Below are positions 1 to 9,051 of a stretch of DNA of 10,714 nucleotides, piece by piece. The DNA lies in the UHGV virus genome UHGV-1748743; one strand, 5' to 3'. Position 1 is the stretch's first letter. Every line of letters starts with the position of its first letter. The DNA comes from a virus. The notes beneath the pieces were generated by a model. The model was given only the letters and a program-made list of their open reading frames with translations. It did no database searches and was not told the origin of the DNA. The position numbers and the translations under genes were made by a program.

Positions 1-1
1 A

Positions 2-208
2 AAGCTGCCTTCCATGAATGAAGCCGTTAAACAGATTGAGCAGGAAGTGCTTACCACCTGGCCCACAGAGGCAATTTCTCATGCTGAAAACGTGGTGTAC
101 CGGCTGTCCGGTATGTATGAGTTTGTGGTGAATAATGCCCCCGAACAGGCAGAGGACGCCGGGCCTGCAGAGCCTGTTTCTGCGGGAAAGTGTTCGACGG
201 TGAGCTGA
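2..208 (+). CDS. G: Tail assembly chaperone G, C-terminal part (5' end lies upstream of the window)
   Basis: Seen in sequence: the frame of the ATG at 14 stays open back to the window edge (codons 2-13 AAG CTG CCT TCC, no stop), so the Met at 14 is internal. It ends at TGA 206-208, just 3' of the GGGAAAG heptamer. The tail ...NNAPEQAEDAGPAEPVSAGKCSTVS and the position directly upstream of T and H fit lambda gpG (recalled, not aligned). Confidence 0.85.
   Translation, partial: KLPSMNEAVKQIEQEVLTTWPTEAISHAENVVYRLSGMYEFVVNNAPEQAEDAGPAEPVSAGKCSTVS
184..190 (+). other. Programmed -1 ribosomal frameshift slippery heptamer (G GGA AAG) joining G to T
   Basis: Seen in sequence: in the G frame the codons are GCG(182-184) GGA(185-187) AAG(188-190), followed by a stop 5 codons later. 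The -1 frame (GGG AAA GTG...) is open for 144 more codons. Established knowledge: lambda G-T uses exactly this heptamer type. Confidence 0.8.
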
Positions 209-624
209 GTTTTGCCCTGAAACTGGCGCGTGAGATGGGGCGACCCGACTGGCGTGCCATGCTTGCCGGGATGTCATCCACGGAGTATGCCGACTGGCAC
301 CGCTTTTACAGTACCCATTATTTTCATGATGTTCTGCTGGATATGCACTTTTCCGGGCTGACGTACACCGTGCTCAGCCTGTTTTTCAGCGATCCGGATA
401 TGCATCCGCTGGATTTCAGTCTGCTGAACCGGCGCGAGGCTGACGAAGAGCCTGAAGATGATGTGCTGATGCAGAAAGCGGCAGGGCTTGCCGGAGGTGT
501 CCGCTTTGGCCCGGACGGGAATGAAGTTATCCCCGCTTCCCCGGATGTGGCGGACATGACGGAGGATGACGTAATGCTGATGACAGTATCAGAAGGGATC
601 GCAGGAGGAGTCCGGTATGGCTGA
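190..624 (+). CDS. T: T-frame segment of the G-T fusion tail assembly chaperone, expressed only by -1 frameshift from G
   Basis: Seen in sequence: -1 frame relative to G, open from the slippery site to TGA 622-624. There is no ATG or Shine-Dalgarno of its own (the track start at 190 is a GTG read as Val). The stop overlaps the H start (ATGGCTGA). The 435-nt length equals the lambda T segment as I recall it. The acidic tail EDDVLMQKAAGLAGGVRFG... is repeated near the C-terminus. Confidence 0.85.
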   Translation: MFDGELSFALKLAREMGRPDWRAMLAGMSSTEYADWHRFYSTHYFHDVLLDMHFSGLTYTVLSLFFSDPDMHPLDFSLLNRREADEEPEDDVLMQKAAGLAGGVRFGPDGNEVIPASPDVADMTEDDVMLMTVSEGIAGGVRYG

Positions 625-3178
625 ACCGGTAGGCGATCTGGTCGTTGATTTGAGTCTGGATGCGGCCAGATTTGACGAGCAGATGGCCAGAGTCAGGCGT
701 CATTTTTCCGGTACGGAAAGTGATGCGAAAAAAACAGCGGCAGTCGTTGAACAGTCGCTGAGCCGACAGGCGCTGGCTGCACAGAAAGCGGGGATTTCCG
801 TCGGGCAGTATAAAGCCGCCATGCGTATGCTGCCTGCACAGTTCACCGACGTGGCCACGCAGCTTGCAGGCGGGCAAAGTCCGTGGCTGATCCTGCTGCA
901 ACAGGGGGGGCAGGTGAAGGACTCCTTCGGCGGGATGATCCCCATGTTCAGGGGGCTTGCCGGTGCGATCACCCTGCCGATGGTGGGGGCCACCTCGCTG
1001 GCGGTGGCGACCGGTGCGCTGGCGTATGCCTGGTATCAGGGCAACTCAACCCTGTCCGATTTCAACAAAACGCTGGTCCTTTCCGGCAATCAGGCGGGTC
1101 TGACGGCAGATCGTATGCTGGTCCTGTCCAGAGCCGGGCAGGCGGCAGGGCTGACGTTTAACCAGACCAGCGAGTCACTCAGCGCACTGGTTAAGGCGGG
1201 GGTAAGCGGTGAGGCTCAGATTGCGTCCATCAGCCAGAGTGTGGCGCGTTTCTCCTCTGCATCCGGCGTGGAGGTGGACAAGGTCGCTGAAGCCTTCGGG
1301 AAGCTGACCACAGACCCGACGTCGGGGCTGACGGCGATGGCACGCCAGTTCCATAACGTGACGGCGGAGCAGATTGCGTATGTTGCTCAGTTGCAGCGTT
1401 CCGGCGATGAAGCCGGGGCATTGCAGGCGGCGAACGAGGCCGCAACGAAAGGGTTTGATGACCAGACCCGCCGCCTGAAAGAGAACATGGGCACGCTGGA
1501 GACCTGGGCAGACAGGACTGCGCGGGCATTCAAATCCATGTGGGATGCGGTGCTGGATATTGGTCGTCCTGATACCGCGCAGGAGATGCTGATTAAGGCA
1601 GAGGCTGCGTTTAAGAAAGCAGACGACATCTGGAATCTGCGCAAGGATGATTATTTTGTTAACGATGAAGCGCGGGCGCGTTACTGGGATGATCGTGAAA
1701 AGGCCCGTCTTGCGCTTGAAGCCGCCCGAAAGAAGGCTGAACAGCAGAGTCAACAGGACAAAAATGCGCAGCAGCAGAGCGATACCGAAGCGTCACGGCT
1801 GAAATATACCGAAGAGGCGCAGAAGGCTTACGAACGGCTGCAGACGCCGCTGGAGAAATATGCCGCCCGTCAGGAAGAACTGAATAAGGCCCTGAAAGAC
1901 GGAAAAATCCTGCAGGCAGATTACAACACGCTGATGGCGGCAGCGAAAAAGGACTATGAAACGACACTGAAAAAGCCGAAGCAGTCCGGCGTGAAGGTGT
2001 CTGCGGGCGATCGTCAGGAAGACAGTGCTCATGCTGCCCTGCTGACGCTTCAGGCTGAACTCCGGACGCTGGAGAAGCATGCCGGAGCAAATGAGAAAAT
2101 CAGCCAGCAGCGCCGGGATTTGTGGAAGGCGGAGAGTCAGTTCGCGGTACTGGAGGAGGCGGCGCAACGTCGCCAGCTGTCTGTACAGGAGAAATCCCTG
2201 CTGGCGCATAAAGATGAGACGCTGGAGTACAAACGCCAGCTGGCTGCACTTGGCGACAAGGTTACGTATCAGGAGCGCCTGAACGCGCTGGCGCAGCAGG
2301 CGGATAAATTCGCACAGCAGCAACGGGCAAAACGGGCCGCCATTGATGCGAAAAGCCGGGGGCTGACTGACCGGCAGGCAGAACGGGAAGCCACGGAACA
2401 GCGCCTGAAGGAACAGTATGGCGATAATCCGCTGGCGCTGAATAACGTCATGTCAGAGCAGAAAAAGACCTGGGCGGCTGAAGACCAGCTTCGCGGGAAC
2501 TGGATGGCAGGCCTGAAGTCCGGCTGGAGTGAGTGGGAAGAGAGCGCCACGGACAGTATGTCGCAGGTAAAAAGTGCAGCCACGCAGACCTTTGATGGTA
2601 TTGCACAGAATATGGCGGCGATGCTGACCGGCAGTGAGCAGAACTGGCGCAGCTTCACCCGTTCCGTGCTGTCCATGATGACAGAAATTCTGCTTAAGCA
2701 GGCAATGGTGGGGATTGTCGGGAGTATCGGCAGCGCCATTGGCGGGGCTGTTGGTGGCGGCGCATCCGCGTCAGGCGGTACAGCCATTCAGGCCGCTGCG
2801 GCGAAATTCCATTTTGCAACCGGAGGATTTACGGGAACCGGCGGCAAATATGAGCCAGCGGGGATTGTTCACCGTGGTGAATTTGTCTTCACGAAGGAGG
2901 CAACCAGCCGGATTGGCGTGGGGAATCTTTACCGGCTGATGCGCGGCTATGCCACCGGCGGTTATGTCGGTACACCGGGCAGCATGGCAGACAGCCGGTC
3001 GCAGGCGTCCGGGACGTTTGAGCAGAATAACCATGTGGTGATTAACAACGACGGCACGAACGGGCAGATAGGTCCGGCTGCTCTGAAGGCGGTGTATGAC
3101 ATGGCCCGCAAGGGTGCCCGTGATGAAATTCAGACACAGATGCGTGATGGTGGCCTGTTCTCCGGAGGTGGACGATGA
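617..3178 (+). CDS. H: Tail tape measure protein
   Basis: Seen in sequence: 853-codon ORF with GGAGGAG (604-610) 6 nt upstream of ATG 617. It has a long Q/K/E/A/R-rich predicted helical middle (about 1650-2500), a Gly-rich hydrophobic segment GSIGSAIGGAVGGGASASGG, and ends ...GGLFSGGGR. Same length as lambda gpH (recalled) and in the expected position after G/T. Confidence 0.97.
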   Translation: MAEPVGDLVVDLSLDAARFDEQMARVRRHFSGTESDAKKTAAVVEQSLSRQALAAQKAGISVGQYKAAMRMLPAQFTDVATQLAGGQSPWLILLQQGGQVKDSFGGMIPMFRGLAGAITLPMVGATSLAVATGALAYAWYQGNSTLSDFNKTLVLSGNQAGLTADRMLVLSRAGQAAGLTFNQTSESLSALVKAGVSGEAQIASISQSVARFSSASGVEVDKVAEAFGKLTTDPTSGLTAMARQFHNVTAEQIAYVAQLQRSGDEAGALQAANEAATKGFDDQTRRLKENMGTLETWADRTARAFKSMWDAVLDIGRPDTAQEMLIKAEAAFKKADDIWNLRKDDYFVNDEARARYWDDREKARLALEAARKKAEQQSQQDKNAQQQSDTEASRLKYTEEAQKAYERLQTPLEKYAARQEELNKALKDGKILQADYNTLMAAAKKDYETTLKKPKQSGVKVSAGDRQEDSAHAALLTLQAELRTLEKHAGANEKISQQRRDLWKAESQFAVLEEAAQRRQLSVQEKSLLAHKDETLEYKRQLAALGDKVTYQERLNALAQQADKFAQQQRAKRAAIDAKSRGLTDRQAEREATEQRLKEQYGDNPLALNNVMSEQKKTWAAEDQLRGNWMAGLKSGWSEWEESATDSMSQVKSAATQTFDGIAQNMAAMLTGSEQNWRSFTRSVLSMMTEILLKQAMVGIVGSIGSAIGGAVGGGASASGGTAIQAAAAKFHFATGGFTGTGGKYEPAGIVHRGEFVFTKEATSRIGVGNLYRLMRGYATGGYVGTPGSMADSRSQASGTFEQNNHVVINNDGTNGQIGPAALKAVYDMARKGARDEIQTQMRDGGLFSGGGR

Positions 3179-3504
3179 AGACCTTCCGCTGGAAAGTGAA
3201 ACCCGGTATGGATGTGGCTTCGGTCCCTTCTGTAAGAAAGGTGCGCTTTGGTGATGGCTATTCTCAGCGAGCGCCTGCCGGGCTGAATGCCAACCTGAAA
3301 ACGTACAGCGTGACGCTTTCTGTCCCCCGTGAGGAGGCCACGGTACTGGAGTCGTTTCTGGAAGAGCACGGGGGCTGGAAATCCTTTCTGTGGACGCCGC
3401 CTTATGAGTGGCAGCAGATAAAGGTGACCTGCGCAAAATGGTCGTCGCGGGTCAGTATGCTGCGTGTTGAGTTCAGCGCAGAGTTTGAACAGGTGGTGAA
3501 CTGA
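3175..3504 (+). CDS. M: Minor tail (tail tip) protein M
   Basis: Seen in sequence: 109-aa ORF whose ATG overlaps the H stop (ATGA at 3175-3178), with GGAGGTGG at 3162-3169. Size and position match lambda gpM (recalled). Confidence 0.93.
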   Translation: MKTFRWKVKPGMDVASVPSVRKVRFGDGYSQRAPAGLNANLKTYSVTLSVPREEATVLESFLEEHGGWKSFLWTPPYEWQQIKVTCAKWSSRVSMLRVEFSAEFEQVVN

Positions 3505-4202
3505 TGCAGGATATCCGGCAGGAAACACTGAATGAATGCACCCGTGCGGAGCAGTCGGCCAGCGTGGTGCTCTGGGAAATCGACCTGACAGAGGTCGGTG
3601 GAGAACGTTATTTTTTCTGTAATGAGCAGAACGAAAAAGGTGAGCCGGTCACCTGGCAGGGGCGACAGTATCAGCCGTATCCCATTCAGGGGAGCGGTTT
3701 TGAACTGAATGGCAAAGGCACCAGTACGCGCCCCACGCTGACGGTTTCTAACCTGTACGGTATGGTCACCGGGATGGCGGAAGATCTGCAGAGTCTGGTC
3801 GGCGGAACGGTGGTCCGGCGTAAGGTTTACGCCCGTTTTCTGGATGCGGTGAACTTCGTCAACGGAAACAGTTATGCCGATCCGGAGCAGGAGGTGATCA
3901 GCCGCTGGCGCATTGAGCAGTGCAGCGAACTGAGCGCGGTGAGTGCCTCCTTTGTACTGTCCACGCCGACGGAAACGGATGGCGCTGTTTTTCCGGGACG
4001 TATCATGCTGGCCAACACCTGCACCTGGACCTATCGCGGTGACGAGTGCGGTTATAGCGGTCCGGCTGTCGCGGATGAATATGACCAGCCAACGTCCGAT
4101 ATCACGAAGGATAAATGCAGCAAATGCCTGAGCGGTTGTAAGTTCCGCAATAACGTCGGCAACTTTGGCGGCTTCCTTTCCATTAACAAACTTTCGCAGT
4201 AA
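3504..4202 (+). CDS. L: Minor tail (tail tip) protein L, with C-terminal cysteine cluster
   Basis: Seen in sequence: 232-aa ORF whose start overlaps the M stop (TGATG at 3502-3506). Five Cys lie within about 45 residues near the C-terminus (NTCTW, DEC, DKC, SKC, SGC). Established knowledge: lambda gpL is 232 aa and carries an Fe-S cluster. Confidence 0.93.
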   Translation: MQDIRQETLNECTRAEQSASVVLWEIDLTEVGGERYFFCNEQNEKGEPVTWQGRQYQPYPIQGSGFELNGKGTSTRPTLTVSNLYGMVTGMAEDLQSLVGGTVVRRKVYARFLDAVNFVNGNSYADPEQEVISRWRIEQCSELSAVSASFVLSTPTETDGAVFPGRIMLANTCTWTYRGDECGYSGPAVADEYDQPTSDITKDKCSKCLSGCKFRNNVGNFGGFLSINKLSQ

Positions 4203-4206
4203 TCCC

Positions 4207-4950
4207 ATGACACAGACAGAATCAGCGATTCTGGCGCACGCCCGGCGATGTGCGCCAGCGGAGTCGTGCGGCTTCGTGGTAAGCACGCCGGAGGGGGAAA
4301 GATATTTCCCCTGCGTGAATATCTCCGGTGAGCCGGAGGCGTATTTCCGGATGTCGCCGGAGGACTGGCTGCGGGCAGAGATGCAGGGTGAGATTGTGGC
4401 GCTGGTCCACAGCCACCCCGGTGGTCTGCCCTGGCTGAGTGAGGCTGACAGGCGGCTGCAGGTGCAGAGCGATTTGCCGTGGTGGCTGGTCTGCCGGGGT
4501 GAGATTCATAAATTCCGCTGTGTGCCGCATCTTACCGGGCGGTGCTTTGAGCACGGGGTGACGGACTGTTACACGCTGTTCCGGGATGCTTATCATCTGG
4601 CGGGGATTGAGATGCCGGATTTTCATCGCGGGGATGACTGGTGGCGTCACGGTCAGAATCTCTATCTGGATAATCTGGAGGCCACAGGGCTGTATCAGGT
4701 GCCGTTGTCATCAGCACAACCGGGCGATGTGCTGCTGTGCTGTTTTGGTTCATCGGTGCCGAATCATGCCGCCATTTACTGTGGTGATGGCGAGCTGCTG
4801 CACCATATTCCTGAACAACTGAGCAAACGAGAGAGGTATACCGACAAATGGCAGCGACGCACACACTCCCTCTGGCGTCACCGGGCATGGCGCGCATCTG
4901 CCTTTACGGGGATTTACAACGATTTGGCCGCCGCATCGACCTTCGTGTGA
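4207..4950 (+). CDS. K: Tail tip assembly protein K (JAB/MPN-like plus NlpC/P60-like domains)
   Basis: Seen in sequence: the first ATG of the open frame is at 4207, 5 nt after the L stop (the track start at 4165 is a TTG), giving 247 aa. It contains a JAMM-like H-S-H-P-x6-S-x2-D motif (HSHPGGLPWLSEAD) with a candidate catalytic Glu upstream (AESCGFVV), and C-terminal Cys/His candidates of an NlpC/P60 fold (TDCYTLF, PNHAAIY). Lambda K is annotated from the internal ATG at 4351 (199 aa, recalled). Confidence 0.88.
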   Translation: MTQTESAILAHARRCAPAESCGFVVSTPEGERYFPCVNISGEPEAYFRMSPEDWLRAEMQGEIVALVHSHPGGLPWLSEADRRLQVQSDLPWWLVCRGEIHKFRCVPHLTGRCFEHGVTDCYTLFRDAYHLAGIEMPDFHRGDDWWRHGQNLYLDNLEATGLYQVPLSSAQPGDVLLCCFGSSVPNHAAIYCGDGELLHHIPEQLSKRERYTDKWQRRTHSLWRHRAWRASAFTGIYNDLAAASTFV

Positions 4951-5489
4951 AAACGGGGGCTGAAGCCATCCGGGCGCTGGCCACACAGCTCCCGGCGTTT
5001 CGTCAGAAACTGAGCGACGGCTGGTATCAGGTACGGATTGCCGGGCGTGATACAGGTGAAACGGAATTATCAGCCCGTCTTAATGAACCGCTGGCAAATG
5101 GTGCTGTGATCCATATCGTGCCGCGTCTGGCAGGAGCCAAAAGTGGCGGTGTGTTTCAGGCTGTGCTGGGGGCGGCTGTTATGGCGGTTGCTATATGGAT
5201 GCCGGGGGTAGGAATTATGGCGAGTAATCTGCTGTTTTCTCTCGGTGCCAGTATGACGCTTGGCGGTGTTGCACAGATGCTGGCCCCTAAACCCAGACCC
5301 CCCCGCACACAGACAACGGATAACGGCAAACAGAACACCTATTTTTCTTCACTGGATAATATGGTTGCCCAGGGCAATGTTCTGCCCGTTCTGTACGGTG
5401 AAATGCGCGTGGGATCACGTGTGGTATCTCAGGAGATCAGCACAGCAGATGAAGGTGATGGTGGTCAGGTTGTGGTGATTGGTCGCTGA
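4848..5489 (+). CDS. I: Tail tip assembly protein I
   Basis: Seen in sequence: 213-aa ORF starting inside the 3' end of K in a different frame (103-nt overlap). The N-terminal region ends ...IVPRLAGAKSGG and is followed by a hydrophobic Gly/Ala-rich segment; the C-terminus is ...EGDGGQVVVIGR. Position between K and J matches lambda I (recalled as 223 aa). Confidence 0.88.
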   Translation: MAATHTLPLASPGMARICLYGDLQRFGRRIDLRVKTGAEAIRALATQLPAFRQKLSDGWYQVRIAGRDTGETELSARLNEPLANGAVIHIVPRLAGAKSGGVFQAVLGAAVMAVAIWMPGVGIMASNLLFSLGASMTLGGVAQMLAPKPRPPRTQTTDNGKQNTYFSSLDNMVAQGNVLPVLYGEMRVGSRVVSQEISTADEGDGGQVVVIGR

Positions 5490-5507
5490 TGAAAAACGTT
5501 TTATGTG

Positions 5508-5528
5508 AAACCGCCTCCGGGCGGTTTT
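5508..5528 (+). other. Intergenic stem-loop between I and J (8-bp stem AAACCGCC/GGCGGTTT, loop TCCG, short T run)
   Basis: Seen in sequence: a perfect 8-bp inverted repeat followed by TTTTAT, 10 nt before the J Shine-Dalgarno (GGAG 5538-5541). Function is unknown; it could be a weak terminator/attenuator or an mRNA processing/stability element. Confidence 0.4.
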
Positions 5529-5549
5529 ATCGTTTATGGAGCATGACGA

Positions 5550-8500
5550 ATGGGTAAAGGCAGCAGTAAGGGGCATACCCCGCGCGAAGCGAAGGACAAC
5601 CTGAAGTCCACGCAGCTGCTGAGTGTGATCGATGCCATCAGCGAAGGGCCGGTTGAAGGTCCGGTGGATGGATTAAAAAGCGTGCTGCTGAACAGTACGC
5701 CGGTGCTGGACAGTGAGGGGAATACCAATATATCCGGCGTCACGGTGGTGTTCCGGGCCGGTGAGCAGGAGCAGTCACCGCCGGAGGGATTTGAATCCTC
5801 CGGCTCCGAGACGGTGCTGGGTACGGAAGTGAAATATGACACGCCGATCACCCGGACCATCACGTCGGCAAACATCGACCGTCTGCGCTTTACCTTCGGT
5901 GTACAGGCACTGGTGGAAACCACCTCAAAGGGAGACAGGAATCCGTCGGAAGTTCGCCTGCTGGTTCAGATACAGCGTAACGGTGGCTGGGTGACGGAAA
6001 AAGACATCACCATTAAGGGCAAAACCACCTCGCAGTATCTGGCCTCGGTGGTGGTGGATAACCTGCCGCCGCGCCCGTTTAATATCCGGATGCGCAGGAT
6101 GACGCCGGACAGCACCACAGACCAGCTGCTGAACAAAACGCTCTGGTCGTCATACACCGAAATCATCGATGTGAAACAGTGCTACCCGAACACGGCACTG
6201 GTTGGCGTGCAGGTGGACTCGGAGCAGTTCGGCAGCCAGCAGGTGAGCCGTAATTATCATCTTCGCGGGCGCATTCTGCAGGTGCCGTCGAACTATAACC
6301 CGCAGACGCGGCAATACAGCGGTATCTGGGACGGAACGTTAAAACCGGCATACAGCAACAACATGGCCTGGTGTCTGTGGGATATGCTGACCCATCCGCG
6401 CTACGGCATGGGGAAACGTCTTGGTGCGGCGGATGTGGACAAATGGGCGCTGTATGTCATCGGCCAGTACTGCGACCAGTCGGTGCCGGACGGCTTTGGC
6501 GGCACGGAGCCGCGCATTACCTGTAATGCGTACCTGACCACACAGCGCAAGGCGTGGGATGTGCTCAGTGATTTCTGCTCGGCGATGCGCTGTATGCCGG
6601 TATGGAACGGGCAGACGCTGACGTTCGTGCAGGACCGACCATCAGATAAGGTGTGGACCTATAACCGCAGTAATGTGGTGATGCCGGATGATGGCGCGCC
6701 GTTCCGCTACAGCTTCAGCGCCCTGAAGGACCGCCATAATGCCGTTGAGGTGAACTGGATTGACCCGGATAACGGCTGGGAGACGGCGACAGAGCTCGTG
6801 GAGGATACGCAGGCCATTGCCCGTTACGGCCGTAACGTCACGAAGATGGATGCCTTTGGCTGTACCAGCCGGGGGCAGGCACACCGCGCCGGGCTGTGGC
6901 TGATTAAAACGGAGCTGCTGGAAACGCAGACCGTGGACTTCAGCGTGGGTGCTGAAGGGCTTCGCCATGTACCGGGGGATGTCATTGAAATCTGCGATGA
7001 TGACTATGCCGGTATCAGCACCGGTGGTCGTGTGCTGGCGGTGAACAGCCAGACCCGGACGCTGACGCTCGACCGTGAAATCACGCTGCCATCCTCCGGT
7101 ACCACGCTGATAAGCCTGGTTGACGGAAGTGGCAATCCGGTCAGCGTGGAGGTTCAGTCCGTCACCGACGGCGTGAAGGTGAAAGTGAGCCGTGTTCCTG
7201 ACGGTGTTGCTGAATACAGCGTATGGGGGCTGAAGCTGCCGACGCTGCGCCAGCGCCTGTTCCGCTGCGTGAGTATCCGTGAGAACGATGACGGCACGTA
7301 TGCCATCACCGCCGTGCAGCATGTACCGGAAAAAGAGGCCATCGTGGATAACGGGGCGCACTTTGACGGCGACCAGAGCGGCACGGTGAATGGTGTCACG
7401 CCGCCCGCGGTGCAGCACCTGACCGCAGAAGTCACCGCAGACAGCGGGGAATATCAGGTGCTGGCGCGATGGGACACACCGAAGGTGGTGAAGGGGGTGA
7501 GCTTTATGCTTCGCCTGACCGTGGCAGCGGATGACGGCAGTGAGCGGCTGGTCAGCACAGCCCGGACGGCGGAAACCACATACCGCTTCACACAACTGGC
7601 GCTGGGGAACTACAGGCTGACAGTCCGGGCAGTAAATGCGTGGGGGCAGCAGGGGGATCCGGCGTCGGTATCGTTCCGGATTGCCGCACCGGCAGCGCCA
7701 TCGCGGATTGAGCTGACGCCGGGCTATTTTCAGATAACCGCAACGCCGCATCTTGCCGTTTATGATCCGACGGTACAGTTTGAGTTCTGGTTCTCGGAAA
7801 AGCGGATTGCGGATATCAGGCAGGTTGAAACCAGCGCGCGTTATCTTGGTACGGCGCTGTACTGGATAGCCGCCAGTATCAATATCAAACCGGGCCATGA
7901 TTATTATTTTTACATTCGCAGTGTGAACACCGTTGGCAAATCGGCATTTGTGGAGGCTGTTGGCCAGCCGAGTGATGATGCATCCGGCTATCTGGATTTT
8001 TTCAAAGGAGAGATAGGGAAAACCCATCTGGCTCAGGAGCTGTGGACGCAGATTGATAACGGTCAGCTTGCGCCGGACCTGGCTGAAATCAGGACGTCCA
8101 TTACGGATGTCAGCAATGAAATCACGCAGACCGTCAATAAGAAACTGGAAGACCAGAGTGCAGCGATCCAGCAGATACAGAAGGTTCAGGTTGATACAAA
8201 TAATAACCTGAACAGCATGTGGGCCGTGAAACTGCAGCAGATGCAGGACGGACGCCTTTATATTGCGGGTATCGGTGCCGGTATTGAGAATACGCCAGCA
8301 GGAATGCAGAGTCAGGTGCTGCTGGCGGCGGACAGGATTGCGATGATTAATCCTGCGAATGGCAATACAAAGCCGATGTTTGTTGGGCAGGGCGATCAGA
8401 TATTCATGAACGAAGTGTTCCTGAAATATCTGACGGCTCCCACCATTACCAGCGGTGGCAATCCCCCAACGTTTTCACTGACACCTGATGGTCGACTTTC

Positions 8501-9032
8501 TGCGAGAAATGCGGATATCAGCGGTAACGTGAATGCGAACTCCGGGACGCTCAATAATGTCACGATTAACCAGAACTGTCGGATTCTGGGAAAACTGTCA
8601 GCTAACCAGATTGAAGGTGATATTGTCAAAACGGTGGGAAAAGCCTTTCCGAGAAATGGCAGTTATGCCAGCGGTACAATAACGGTCACTGTGTACGATG
8701 ACCAGGCTTTTGACCGTCAGATAGTCGTCCCCCCCGTTCTGTTTCGCGGTGGTAAGCATGAAAACTTCAACAGCAACAACCAACAGTCATACTGGTATTC
8801 AACCTGTAAGCTGCAGGTGCTGAAGAACGGACAGGAAATCTTTCAGCAACCCGCGACGGATGTCAGCAGGGTATTTTCATCAGTCATTGATATGCCTGCC
8901 GGACACGGCCATGTCACCCTGACTTTCAATGTTTCTTCATATGGTGCAAATAACTGGACGCCAACGACCAGTATCAGCGACCTTCTTGTTGTCGTGATGA
9001 AGAAATCAACAGCCGGCATCAGTATCAGTTGA
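5550..9032 (+). CDS. J: Central tail fibre / host specificity protein J
   Basis: Seen in sequence: 1160-aa ORF with GGAG 9 nt upstream. The N-terminus is [21 protein letters not shown]..., the central region is FN3-like (about 7380-7750), and the C-terminal region carries the putative receptor-binding domain. Follows I as in lambda (gpJ recalled as 1132 aa). Confidence 0.97.
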   Translation: MGKGSSKGHTPREAKDNLKSTQLLSVIDAISEGPVEGPVDGLKSVLLNSTPVLDSEGNTNISGVTVVFRAGEQEQSPPEGFESSGSETVLGTEVKYDTPITRTITSANIDRLRFTFGVQALVETTSKGDRNPSEVRLLVQIQRNGGWVTEKDITIKGKTTSQYLASVVVDNLPPRPFNIRMRRMTPDSTTDQLLNKTLWSSYTEIIDVKQCYPNTALVGVQVDSEQFGSQQVSRNYHLRGRILQVPSNYNPQTRQYSGIWDGTLKPAYSNNMAWCLWDMLTHPRYGMGKRLGAADVDKWALYVIGQYCDQSVPDGFGGTEPRITCNAYLTTQRKAWDVLSDFCSAMRCMPVWNGQTLTFVQDRPSDKVWTYNRSNVVMPDDGAPFRYSFSALKDRHNAVEVNWIDPDNGWETATELVEDTQAIARYGRNVTKMDAFGCTSRGQAHRAGLWLIKTELLETQTVDFSVGAEGLRHVPGDVIEICDDDYAGISTGGRVLAVNSQTRTLTLDREITLPSSGTTLISLVDGSGNPVSVEVQSVTDGVKVKVSRVPDGVAEYSVWGLKLPTLRQRLFRCVSIRENDDGTYAITAVQHVPEKEAIVDNGAHFDGDQSGTVNGVTPPAVQHLTAEVTADSGEYQVLARWDTPKVVKGVSFMLRLTVAADDGSERLVSTARTAETTYRFTQLALGNYRLTVRAVNAWGQQGDPASVSFRIAAPAAPSRIELTPGYFQITATPHLAVYDPTVQFEFWFSEKRIADIRQVETSARYLGTALYWIAASINIKPGHDYYFYIRSVNTVGKSAFVEAVGQPSDDASGYLDFFKGEIGKTHLAQELWTQIDNGQLAPDLAEIRTSITDVSNEITQTVNKKLEDQSAAIQQIQKVQVDTNNNLNSMWAVKLQQMQDGRLYIAGIGAGIENTPAGMQSQVLLAADRIAMINPANGNTKPMFVGQGDQIFMNEVFLKYLTAPTITSGGNPPTFSLTPDGRLSARNADISGNVNANSGTLNNVTINQNCRILGKLSANQIEGDIVKTVGKAFPRNGSYASGTITVTVYDDQAFDRQIVVPPVLFRGGKHENFNSNNQQSYWYSTCKLQVLKNGQEIFQQPATDVSRVFSSVIDMPAGHGHVTLTFNVSSYGANNWTPTTSISDLLVVVMKKSTAGISIS

Positions 9033-9051
9033 ATTTTAAAACCCAAATTCG

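Noticed and set aside
14-16. ATG at 14 as the start of G
   Set aside because: The frame is open upstream to the window edge, and G homologues are about 140 aa, so this Met is internal and the gene is truncated by the window boundary.
190-192. Treating 190-624 as an independent gene initiating at GTG 190
   Set aside because: There is no Shine-Dalgarno, and the GTG sits directly after a GGGAAAG slippery heptamer at the end of G. The frame is far better explained as the T segment of the G-T frameshift fusion.
1175-3436. Multiple minus-strand ORFs (e.g. 1175-1753, 1793-2323, 2269-2787, 2771-3436) and small + strand ORFs (883-1161, 2079-2282, 2715-2939) inside H
   Set aside because: They are embedded in or antisense to the 853-aa tape measure gene and have low-complexity R/P/C/S-rich translations. 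There is no independent evidence for them and they are incompatible with the tightly coupled + strand operon.
4165-4206. Upstream extension of K to the track start at 4165
   Set aside because: The codon at 4165 is TTG, not ATG, and this start would overlap the L C-terminus. The first ATG (4207, just after the L stop) gives a protein that begins right before the conserved JAB-domain Glu. The extension cannot be fully excluded without data.
3402-4286. 294-aa minus-strand ORF spanning the M/L region, and 3130-3528 minus
   Set aside because: Antisense to M and L, which have canonical overlapping start/stop coupling and conserved sizes. No supporting signals.
6642-8027. 461-aa ORF on the minus strand inside J
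   Set aside because: It lies entirely antisense to the strongly supported J coding region. Its Arg/His/Cys/Pro-rich composition is typical of the reverse frame of GC-rich coding DNA, and it has no recognisable motif or convincing start context. Most likely a chance open frame.
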